Positions 1-8,236 of a stretch of DNA of 64,000 bases are shown piece by piece. The stretch is taken from contig OY771506.1 in NCBI GenBank assembly GCA_963674705.1, forward strand, positions 1,216,001 to 1,280,000, in the 5' to 3' direction. The stretch is from Phycisphaeraceae bacterium. Its GTDB lineage: Bacteria; Planctomycetota; Phycisphaerae; Phycisphaerales; Phycisphaeraceae. Each line of letters begins with the position of its first letter. Position 1 is the first letter of the stretch. The translations under genes were made by a program, and so were the position numbers. Under the pieces are notes generated by a model. That model made no database searches. It saw only the letters and a list, made by a program, of their open reading frames with translations, and was not told the origin of the DNA.

Positions 1-212
1 ATGATTTGCAGGGCCATTACCGTAGCTTCATACGGCAGCCGCTTCAGATTGCTCATTTTGATCGTTTTATAAACCACCGATATCCCCGCCACCAAGGGAA
101 TCAACAGCAGAATCCAATACTTATCCAGCGGGATCGGCTCCATGAAGGGGCGGAAACCCAGGGTCAGGGTGCTACTCAAAGCCGCCAAGCTTAGGCCGAA
201 GAATCCGATCAT
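1..212 (-). CDS. small membrane protein, partial (runs off window start)
   Basis: Manual translation MIGFFGLSLAALSSTLTLGFRPFMEPIPLDKYWILLLIPLVAGISVVYKTIK...; ATG overlaps the TGA of the upstream gene (ATGA coupling); not in the ORF track. Confidence 0.7.
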   Translation of the reverse strand, partial: MIGFFGLSLAALSSTLTLGFRPFMEPIPLDKYWILLLIPLVAGISVVYKTIKMSNLKRLPYEATVMALQI

Positions 213-820
213 GCCGTCCCCCCGCTGGTTTCCGTGGTCTCGGTGGTCGCTGCGGCGGCCAATTCCTTGGGCCCGGGTGCCACCGGAGCGGGCTTACGCG
301 ATCGTACGGTCGGGTCCTGGTAGAGCACGTCCAAGATGGCCAGCAGGTTCAGCATGCCCGCCAGGGCGGTGTAGAGCACGCCCTGCTCATGGATGTGGCC
401 GTAGCTGGGCTTGAAGGGGATCACGTCCGCATCAGGCCGTGGGGGGGCGGCATTGGGCCCCTCCAGCGAGGTGTGCCACTTCTCGACCAGGATGGACGGG
501 GCGATCAGCATCTGGCCGACATACCAGATCGGGTGGGCTTTTCGGTCGAATATGCTGACCCCGCCGATAAAAAAGCCCCCCAGCCACAGGAAGTTGATGC
601 TCAGGAACAGGATAATGGCCCGCTGCCGCTGGCCCAGCAGCCAATGGCCTAATCCGGGCACCAGCCAGGCCGCGATTGCACCGGCGACGTGCCACCGTGG
701 GCTTACGTTTGTATCAGCCAATTCCACGACTCCTGAGTGGTCGGTTTGGGGTGGGTATGACGTCTGGGCAAAAGTTTCCGCGCCCACCCTGCCGATGAGC
801 ATTGACAAACCCCACGGCAA
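209..820 (-). CDS. DUF6677-like planctomycete membrane protein (start uncertain)
   Basis: AWLVPGLGH motif, TM segments, C-terminal G-x-LYTALAGMLNLLAILD. Confidence 0.7.
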   Translation of the reverse strand: MPWGLSMLIGRVGAETFAQTSYPPQTDHSGVVELADTNVSPRWHVAGAIAAWLVPGLGHWLLGQRQRAIILFLSINFLWLGGFFIGGVSIFDRKAHPIWYVGQMLIAPSILVEKWHTSLEGPNAAPPRPDADVIPFKPSYGHIHEQGVLYTALAGMLNLLAILDVLYQDPTVRSRKPAPVAPGPKELAAAATTETTETSGGTA

Positions 821-919
821 AGATAGTTTAACCGCCAGAAGGGCACCCGGCCACCAATGCCCGACCTGGACCTGATGTTACTAACCGGCCGGATTTGAAG
901 CTGGGATTAGGAGATCGTG

Positions 920-1165
920 ATGCTTGACCAACTGACAGATCTTGCCGATGTACTGATTGAGTCCGAAGCCGGTTATCCATTCGACTCGCAGCCCGCCACC
1001 GCCTGTCCGGTGAAGGCGTACGACGATGACGAGATGGAGGACGACGACTTTCTGGACGATGATGAAGATGACGACTTCGACGATGACGACGATGACTTCT
1101 TCGACGACGACGAAGAAGACGATCTGTTCGATGACGACGAAGATCTGCTGGACGAAGAAGATTAG
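920..1165 (+). CDS. small, extremely acidic (Asp/Glu-rich) protein
   Basis: AGGAG RBS at 909-913; C-terminal half is D/E runs punctuated by F/L. Confidence 0.7.
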   Translation: MLDQLTDLADVLIESEAGYPFDSQPATACPVKAYDDDEMEDDDFLDDDEDDDFDDDDDDFFDDDEEDDLFDDDEDLLDEED

Positions 1166-1224
1166 CTATAGGCCGACGGGATATGTTCGCTCCTGTCCGC
1201 CGAGGTGCTGACAGGAGTAAGATC

Positions 1225-1641
1225 ATGCCCGATTCTTCCAAGCAACCATCGCAAGGCCAGGACCCCCAGGATGAACGCCGAGGCAAGGGACCGGACCGCA
1301 GGCAGTCCGTAGTCGACCTGCGCCCGCCCGGTACCGGTCTGGAACGACGGCGGGGCCCCGGACGTCGACGCAGTGACTTCATGAAGGCGGCCGAAGAAGG
1401 CGAGATGACCCAGGAGCAGTTCCTGTTCATCAAGGCCATCGATGCCTACAAACGTGTCAACGATAAACCCTTCCCGACCTGGACCGAGGTGCTGGAAGTT
1501 ATCCGCAAACTCGGCTACCGCAAGACAACCGAGTCGATTCTGCAACTGGACGCTGCCGAAGACTGGACCGAACCCGCCGACGCCCCGGCGTTCCCGCCGT
1601 CAAACGATTACGACGACGATGACATCGAAGATGCGGCGTGA
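1225..1641 (+). CDS. planctomycete-type hypothetical protein with Arg-rich ERR/DRR repeats
   Basis: AGGAG RBS; ERRxxxxDRR...ERRRGPGRRR followed by FIKAIDAYKRVNDKPFPTWTEVLEVIRKLGY helical domain. Confidence 0.8.
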   Translation: MPDSSKQPSQGQDPQDERRGKGPDRRQSVVDLRPPGTGLERRRGPGRRRSDFMKAAEEGEMTQEQFLFIKAIDAYKRVNDKPFPTWTEVLEVIRKLGYRKTTESILQLDAAEDWTEPADAPAFPPSNDYDDDDIEDAA

Positions 1642-1688
1642 TTCATTGCCATTGGCAGCGAACAAAGAACACGACCACTTGGATACAA

Positions 1689-1715
1689 GCCCTCGGCAAA
1701 AGCCGGGGGTTTTTT
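1689..1715 (+). terminator. intrinsic terminator
   Basis: ccctcggc-aaaa-gccggggg hairpin followed by T-tract. Confidence 0.8.
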
Positions 1716-1954
1716 ATTCGTGTCATTTATTCAATGACAAACAGACATAATCACGCACGCCGCACCGAACCGCCGCCGTTTTCCTGCGTATTAAGGGTGA
1801 CAACGATGGTGACAGACGAGTCGTCAACACTAATGCAAGGCACTCGCACACCGGTTTGTCTGACGGGGGACACACACTATTCGGTGGGCCGGCTTCCAGG
1901 GGCGCGTGTGGCGCCCCGGCCGACCGCCCTCGATTACCTGGAAAGGAGACCGTC

Positions 1955-2047
1955 ATGCTCAGACACTTCATGGTACGTGACTGCTGCGTATCCGACGTGA
2001 TGGTTGCGTCGGTAACCGAGGCGGTTTGGGTAGTCGTAGTCGACTAA
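1955..2047 (+). CDS. 30-aa Val-rich small ORF (MLRHFMVRDCCVSDVMVASVTEAVWVVVVD)
   Basis: Strong AAGGAG RBS at 1943-1948 upstream of ATG; embedded in a hairpin-rich region. Confidence 0.5.
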   Translation: MLRHFMVRDCCVSDVMVASVTEAVWVVVVD

Positions 2048-2178
2048 CCACCGATGTCTGCACGGGGTCTTTAGCTCGAAACGAGCGACGCGGCAGCGAC
2101 TCATCGGAGGGATGAGCCCCTACGGCAAGTCTTGTACCACCCGAATTACCATACACCATCAACACAAGACCACCCCAC

Positions 2179-2215
2179 ACAGGGCCTGTGCATCGTTGTG
2201 CAGGTTCTGTTTTTA
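2179..2215 (+). terminator. intrinsic terminator
   Basis: acagggcctg...caggttctgt stem (two G-U pairs) followed by T-tract. Confidence 0.6.
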
Positions 2216-2321
2216 TATTTCAATACAACTCCAATCCCCACAGAAGGTCTGCCGTTATAGCGGTCAATGCGGTATCCTGTTGGGTGTTACTTAAAACGGT
2301 CCAACACAGGAGCCACGTCCG

Positions 2322-4163
2322 ATGCGACACATGCTTTTGATAGTAGCTCTGACATTGTTTACTCACATGACCGCATACGCGCAGGAAGTTCAGATGACAG
2401 GCGACAGGATGCTGGAAACGCTGCGATCGGGACACCCGAGATTATTCGTTGATGATGCAACATGGGACCGTATCCGGGAACGACGGAAAGTTGATTCAAA
2501 CTTTGACGCATTGGTCACCGGCATCGAGGCGGACGCGGCGGCGGTGCTCGAAACCGGGCCGGTCGTGTATCAGAAAACCGGCCTGAGGTTGCTTCATGTA
2601 TCTCGTGAAGCGTTAAGGCGGATCCTGCTCCTGGCATTTGTCTACAACCTCAACGGTGACGACGCGTATCTACAACGGGCCGAAGCCGAGATGCGCTCGG
2701 TGATGGCGTTCAAAGACTGGAACCCCTCGCACTTCCTGGATGTCGGGGAGATGGCTGCTGCGGTGGCGATCGGATACGACTGGCTGTACGACGGGCTCGA
2801 TCCCGCCTTCCGCGATGAGGTACGCGCGACGCTCTGGGACAAAGCATTGACGTATCCGTTCGATCCGCAGTGGACCAAGCGTTTATGGTGGATGCGCGGT
2901 GAAAACAATTGGAACTCGGTCTGTTACGGCGGGCTGACGATGGCGATGCTGGTCGTTGCCGAGGATGATCCGGCTCGTGCAGCCGAATGGCTTGAAATGG
3001 TCCGCAAAGGCAACCCGCTCGCGCTGGCCGAATACACGCCGGATGGTGTATACCCCGAGGGGCCGGGCTACTGGACGTACGGCACGTCGTACCAGGTGAT
3101 GCTGATCGCGGCGCTGGAGTCGGCGCTGGGCGATGACATGGGCCTGTGTGATCCGCCCGGATTCATGCAGACGGGGGCATATCCTTTGCAGGTGCTCGGG
3201 CCAACGGGCCTGTCGTACAACTATTCGGATGGCGGCGCCGGGCGCAGGATGGACCCGGCCTTGTTCTGGTTCGCGCAGCGCACCGACACACCCGCGCTCG
3301 TTGCCAAAGAGATACCACGCGATTGGTCGAGCACGGGCAAGGGTCGAGAACGACTGCTGCCATTGGCTGCGGTGTGGTGGTCGATGATGGGCCCGGTCGA
3401 CGATATCTCGATCGATCTGCCTCGCTACTGGCAAGGCCGAGGCAAACAGCCGATCGCGATCTTCCGCAGTTCGTGGACGGACCCCGATGCGCTGTTCCTG
3501 GCGACCAAGGGCGGCAGCGCCTCGCTCAACCACGGCCACATGGACGCCGGTTCGTTTGTGCTTGAAGCCAACGGCGTTCGCTGGGCTGCTGACCTGGGCG
3601 CACAAAACTACAACAGCCTGGAATCGCGAGGTATTGACCTGTGGAACAAAAAGCAGGACAGCGATCGTTGGCGCATCTATCGCATCGGCCCGTTCAGCCA
3701 TAACACGCTGACGATCGACGGCAAGTTACATCGTGTAGAGGGGCACGCGCCGATGATCGCGTTTTCCGATGATCAAAAATCACCCGGTGTGCGTTATGAC
3801 TTGTCGGAAGTGTTTGAAGGCGATACCGAGCGCGTGCTGCGTGCTTTTGAATACGACGAGAACAACAAGACTGTGATCGTCAACGACATATTATCCGGCC
3901 TGAAACCCGGCGCGGTAGTTCGTTGGGCAATGATGACACCTGCGGAGATTGAGTTGAACGGCACGTCGGCTCAATTAACTAAAGATAGCCATACACTCGC
4001 CGCTCGAATACTCGAACCTGACGCTGCGGTATTCGAGTCGATGTCTGCGGCGCCCCCTGCTGACTACGATGCACCAAACGATGGGTATCAACTATTGATT
4101 GTGAACATTCCTTCGCCGGAATCGGGAAAGATGGTGATCAGGATCAGTTTACAGGTTGAGTGA
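2322..4163 (+). CDS. heparinase II/III-family polysaccharide lyase, secreted
   Basis: Signal peptide; WNPSHFLD, NNWN, YPEGPGYWTYG and HGHMDAGSF motifs. Confidence 0.85.
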   Translation: MRHMLLIVALTLFTHMTAYAQEVQMTGDRMLETLRSGHPRLFVDDATWDRIRERRKVDSNFDALVTGIEADAAAVLETGPVVYQKTGLRLLHVSREALRRILLLAFVYNLNGDDAYLQRAEAEMRSVMAFKDWNPSHFLDVGEMAAAVAIGYDWLYDGLDPAFRDEVRATLWDKALTYPFDPQWTKRLWWMRGENNWNSVCYGGLTMAMLVVAEDDPARAAEWLEMVRKGNPLALAEYTPDGVYPEGPGYWTYGTSYQVMLIAALESALGDDMGLCDPPGFMQTGAYPLQVLGPTGLSYNYSDGGAGRRMDPALFWFAQRTDTPALVAKEIPRDWSSTGKGRERLLPLAAVWWSMMGPVDDISIDLPRYWQGRGKQPIAIFRSSWTDPDALFLATKGGSASLNHGHMDAGSFVLEANGVRWAADLGAQNYNSLESRGIDLWNKKQDSDRWRIYRIGPFSHNTLTIDGKLHRVEGHAPMIAFSDDQKSPGVRYDLSEVFEGDTERVLRAFEYDENNKTVIVNDILSGLKPGAVVRWAMMTPAEIELNGTSAQLTKDSHTLAARILEPDAAVFESMSAAPPADYDAPNDGYQLLIVNIPSPESGKMVIRISLQVE

Positions 4164-4179
4164 CTAAGTCAGGTTGAAC

Positions 4180-4623
4180 CTATTCGGGTGGCCCCACGTT
4201 TACCACCCCCCAGTACAGGCTCAGGTCGTGCACCATCGCCTGAAAGCCGTTGCTGCTGATCGGCTTGACGACGTAGCTGTTGGCGTTATGCATATAAGCC
4301 TTCGCTCGATCCGATTCGGATTCGGATGTTGTCAGAACGACAACGGGGATGCTGTGCAGTGACGGATCGGACTTGATTATTTTAAGCACCTCGTGCCCGT
4401 CGACTTTAGGCAGCTTCAGGTCGAGCAGGATGATGTCCGGCCTGGTGCTGTTGTCGGTGTACTCGCCACGCATGTAAAGATAGTCAAGCGCTGCCTGGCC
4501 ATCCTTGACCCGATCGACGGTGTTGATGATACGGTTGGACTTCAGATTCCGATTGATCAGGAAGGCGTGATCATCATCATCCTCGACCAACAGCATGTGT
4601 ATGAGATTTGCTTTTACATTCAT
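4180..4623 (-). CDS. single-domain response regulator (Rcp1-like)
   Basis: LLVEDD, PDIILLDLKLPKVDG, VVLTTS, ANSYVVKP, C-terminal YW. Confidence 0.9.
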   Translation of the reverse strand: MNVKANLIHMLLVEDDDDHAFLINRNLKSNRIINTVDRVKDGQAALDYLYMRGEYTDNSTRPDIILLDLKLPKVDGHEVLKIIKSDPSLHSIPVVVLTTSESESDRAKAYMHNANSYVVKPISSNGFQAMVHDLSLYWGVVNVGPPE

Positions 4624-5351
4624 CTGGCCGCGTCCAATCGTAAGTGATGTGCAGATGAGGCGGTTTATGCTATCGGGATAGTATAAACCACAAATGATCG
4701 GGCTTGCATGTGTTTTTATTCATGCTGTCGACAGAACTTCTTATTCCGCCCGGCTAGCCCGTACGCCGTCGAAGCTCAACACCAAGTGTAATCTGATTGT
4801 TTGTTCAGCGCCTGAAGTACGCCATTATTGATTTATCTGCTGCACGTGTGTTTAAGGCAAAGGTTGTTCTGGCTTAGACTTGGGCAACGAAATCTGTGAT
4901 CGGTTCTTGTGTCCCAACACCATCTTGTCAATGTCATCTCGTGATGCAGTGAGGATCGGTCCTCTGGCTTTTAATCACGCTCGAATGAACACATTGATTG
5001 TTCCAAAGCAAACATTGAGCAACACCAGTTATCCCCACCACGCCATCTTCGGCTCAAACATTGTTGCGGGGCCACGAGCCAACAGGTTTGACCTCTATCA
5101 CGATTATGCAAATCGGCATTGCCGAGGTTAGCCTTGGTATCCCGATTTTAGCAGACACCGGTATCCTCAGAAATCTTTCCGAATCCTTACACGCACCACC
5201 ATTGTCATACGCCACCAACTTCATCAATCTTCTTTCGCCAAGAATTCACGTCGACCGATTAGCTGGCCGCAACCTGCCGATAGGCACCAAGTGATGGATT
5301 GCTGGCGGTAGCTTTCATTACGTGTTGCATCAAGTGCAAACGAGGCGGACT

Positions 5352-6932
5352 ATGTCGGGACCTTTACACGTCACAGAGTTCATCATCATCGACGATGATG
5401 ATGATCAGGCTAGCCTCTTCGAGCGCGCACTACGCAAGGGTAACTATCTGTCTACTCAAAACGGGCAAGCGGTAGCTATCCGAAAATTCGACAATCCGAC
5501 GGAAGCAATCACGGAATTGCCGACCGAAGGGCCCGTCGTCGTCATCTGCGATTACAACCTCAGTGAATCCACAGGACTCGACTGGTTACCCCATCTTGTT
5601 AAAGAAGGCCTCGGCCCCGTCATTATGGCTAGTTCACAAGGCGACGAACGGATCGCGTCCGAAGCCTTCAAGGCAGGCGCCAGTGATTACCTGGTGAAAA
5701 TGGATGTCTTCCAGGACCCGACCATCCTGCACCGGGCTATCCGTGAAGGATTACTGCAATACAAGCTGGAACGCAGTAACCATGATCTGTCACGCAAACT
5801 TAAAAACGCCAACATCGCACTGCAATCCAAGAACGAGCGCCTGCATGAGCTGACCGAGACCGCCCATCGTTTTGTCGAAGATGTCGCTCATGAATTCCGT
5901 ACACCCCTTACCGTTATCAAGGAGTTCGCCTCTTTAATCAAAGACGGGCTGGGTGGGGAAGTAACCGACCGACAGGTTGAGTTCCTGGGGCATATCGAAA
6001 CCAGTGTGACCAGCCTGGCTAACCTGGTGGACGATTTTCTTGATACCAGCAAACTGCGCGCAAAGCTGATGCGTGTTGATCGCCGCGAGCATGCGGTTGA
6101 AGAGCTGTTTGGCTCGATCCGTGCCGTATTAAACACACGCGCGGCATCAAAATCGATCCGGTTTACCGAATACATACAACCAGACCTGCCTCATGTGTTC
6201 TGCGACCGCGAAAAGGCTGGGCGCGTCATCATCAATCTTGCGATAAACGCCTTCAAATTCTCCGCGGACAACGGCGAAGTCGAACTGTGGGCCAGAAAGC
6301 ATTCGGACGGTGGTGTCGAGATCGGTGTAACCGATCACGGCCCGGGGATCACCGAAGACGATCTGGCCAAGCTGGGCAACCGCTTGACACAGACCGGCGC
6401 AGGGCAGCGCTGCAGCGTGAAAGGTTTTGGCCTCGGTCTGAATATCGCGATGGACCTGGTGCGCGTGAACCTGGGAAGCATGAATGTCAGCAGCCGCTAC
6501 GGAGAAGGAAGTACGTTTGCTTTTACACTGCCGCGTTGCGACCGTGCGGATATCCTTGACCATTACTTCGACACGGTTACCCAGCAATCACCGGAATTGA
6601 GTTCAACGGTCCTTCAGGCAATCCCAATCGATCAAAACGTAGATATGGAGAAAGCCCGGCAGTTCCTGGCAAGCAATTGCCAGTCTTTCGACCTGTTGTT
6701 GCCCGACTCGGACGGCCGATCGGTTGTGCTGGTCGGAACCACCAACGAGCCGGACAGTTGGGTGCGTTCGCTGCAGAAGCACATCGAGCAATCTCGTTCG
6801 CAGATGAAGATCGATAGTTTCGGCGTAGATATGAACATCCGCTGGGTCGGCACGTGGTCAACCCCTCAGTCAAGAAGTGCGATCGTTACCAGTGTCACAC
6901 AATTACTTCAAGGAGTGCGTAACTGTGCCTGA
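5352..6932 (+). CDS. cytoplasmic hybrid histidine kinase (REC-coiled coil-HisKA-HATPase plus C-terminal extension)
   Basis: N-terminal REC; VAHEFRTPL H-box; NLAINAFKF N-box; DHGPGI and GFGLGL G-boxes; no TM segment. Confidence 0.9.
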   Translation: MSGPLHVTEFIIIDDDDDQASLFERALRKGNYLSTQNGQAVAIRKFDNPTEAITELPTEGPVVVICDYNLSESTGLDWLPHLVKEGLGPVIMASSQGDERIASEAFKAGASDYLVKMDVFQDPTILHRAIREGLLQYKLERSNHDLSRKLKNANIALQSKNERLHELTETAHRFVEDVAHEFRTPLTVIKEFASLIKDGLGGEVTDRQVEFLGHIETSVTSLANLVDDFLDTSKLRAKLMRVDRREHAVEELFGSIRAVLNTRAASKSIRFTEYIQPDLPHVFCDREKAGRVIINLAINAFKFSADNGEVELWARKHSDGGVEIGVTDHGPGITEDDLAKLGNRLTQTGAGQRCSVKGFGLGLNIAMDLVRVNLGSMNVSSRYGEGSTFAFTLPRCDRADILDHYFDTVTQQSPELSSTVLQAIPIDQNVDMEKARQFLASNCQSFDLLLPDSDGRSVVLVGTTNEPDSWVRSLQKHIEQSRSQMKIDSFGVDMNIRWVGTWSTPQSRSAIVTSVTQLLQGVRNCA

Positions 6933-7311
6933 TTGTAAGGTCCTGATCATCGAAGATGAGGTTGCGATCGCCACCGCGCTGGAAGTGCGCCTTTCGGCCA
7001 TGGGGTATCAGACAATGGCCGCTCACGACGCGCGTTCCGGGATGACCGCGGCCTCAACATTCCAGCCCGATGTTCTGATCCTGGATATCCGGCTTCCCGA
7101 TCTGGACGGCATCGAGGTCTGCCGCAGGATCAAGGAAGACCCGGACCTCCAGACCATACAAGTTGTGTTGCTTTCGGCGAATATCAACGATGTTTCACGT
7201 GGCGAGGCCGAGGACGCCGGTGCGTTCGCCTGCCTCGCTAAACCCTATGAGATCCAGGATGTGGTTGCCGCGATCGAAGCGGCCGCCTCCTACAGTACGA
7301 CCGAGGCATAA
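6925..7311 (+). CDS. single-domain response regulator
   Basis: AAGGAG then GTG overlapping the kinase stop; IIEDE, LDIRLPDLDG, KP motifs. Confidence 0.9.
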   Translation: MPDCKVLIIEDEVAIATALEVRLSAMGYQTMAAHDARSGMTAASTFQPDVLILDIRLPDLDGIEVCRRIKEDPDLQTIQVVLLSANINDVSRGEAEDAGAFACLAKPYEIQDVVAAIEAAASYSTTEA

Positions 7312-7322
7312 CGGAGCGTCCC

Positions 7323-7709
7323 ATGGAATATGAACACACGCCAACCGTCCTGATCATCGATAACGATGAGGGGTTACTCAAAGCTATCTCCACGCGCATC
7401 GAAATGATGGGCTATCGATGCATCACCGCCGGCACCGGGGCGCAGGGCATGAGCGAGTTTGAAGCCGACCGTATCGACCTGGTCATCACGGATATGAACA
7501 TGCCTTCCCTTGACGGGATGGGCGTTATCCAGCAGATCCGCAATCAGTGCGATACACCGATCATCGTGGTCACCGGCTTCAAGCAGGCATACGTATCAGC
7601 CCTGAGTGAAATGCACGATATCCAGATCCTTGAAAAACCGTTCCACAGCCAGGACCTGATGGACGCGGTGGAGTCTGAGATCTTTCTCAGACAGGCCAGG
7701 GCCGCTTGA
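7323..7709 (+). CDS. single-domain response regulator
   Basis: IIDND, TDMNMPSLDG, VVTG, EKPF motifs. Confidence 0.9.
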   Translation: MEYEHTPTVLIIDNDEGLLKAISTRIEMMGYRCITAGTGAQGMSEFEADRIDLVITDMNMPSLDGMGVIQQIRNQCDTPIIVVTGFKQAYVSALSEMHDIQILEKPFHSQDLMDAVESEIFLRQARAA

Positions 7710-7775
7710 CGTTAATCACATAACCAACCCACGTGCACTGCTACTCAAATCGCACATTGACTTCGGAGACAAACC

Positions 7776-8162
7776 ATGGCTCGAAAACCACGAATCCTAT
7801 TGGCAGACGATGACAGGCCTTTGCTTGAAGCGATCAAGGTGCGCCTGGAAGCCTTGAACGTAGAAATCATCACCGCAACCGACGGCTACACCAGCCTGTC
7901 CAAGGCCATCGAGGAAAAACCCGACCTCCTGATCCTGGACGTCAACATGCCGGCCGGCGACGGCTTCAGCGTACAGGAACGCTTGGCCAGCGCGTCAAAG
8001 GAAATGGGTAGCGTCCCGGTGATCTACCTGACCGGCGATCAATCAGAACGACTCGACAAGATCGCCAGTGAACTCGGCGCGTTCGCCGTCCACCACAAAC
8101 CCTTCAAGATCCAGGACCTGGTCGTAAGTATCCACGACGCGCTGTTGCCCAAGGCCGCGTAG
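7776..8162 (+). CDS. single-domain response regulator
   Basis: LADDD, LDVNMPAGDG, YLTG, HKPF motifs. Confidence 0.9.
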   Translation: MARKPRILLADDDRPLLEAIKVRLEALNVEIITATDGYTSLSKAIEEKPDLLILDVNMPAGDGFSVQERLASASKEMGSVPVIYLTGDQSERLDKIASELGAFAVHHKPFKIQDLVVSIHDALLPKAA

Positions 8163-8188
8163 CCCCAAGCCTGCAGCACAATAGTACT

Positions 8189-8236
8189 TAAGCCCCGACC
8201 AAAGCCTCCGGACTCTGGCCGGGCTTTTTTTGTTTT
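8189..8236 (+). terminator. intrinsic terminator between convergent genes
   Basis: aagccc...gggctt stem followed by long T-tract. Confidence 0.65.

Noticed and set aside
1020..1160. GAC/GAT-rich trinucleotide tract as a non-coding microsatellite or CRISPR
   Set aside because: Explained by Asp/Glu codons of the 920-1165 ORF; no repeat-spacer structure
1840..2150. tmRNA, RNase P, SRP or hammerhead ribozyme
   Set aside because: No tRNA-like ends or ALAA-type tag, no GAGGAAAGUCC, and no CUGANGA/GAAA core recognised on either strand
4624..5351. Short ORFs in the long intergenic region
   Set aside because: No RBS, homology cues or host-like codon bias; treated as a divergent regulatory region
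8198..8215. AAAGCCTCCGG resembling a c-di-GMP-I riboswitch segment
   Set aside because: Lacks the upstream GGCAAAC/GNRA stem, lies 3' of genes, and falls within a terminator hairpin
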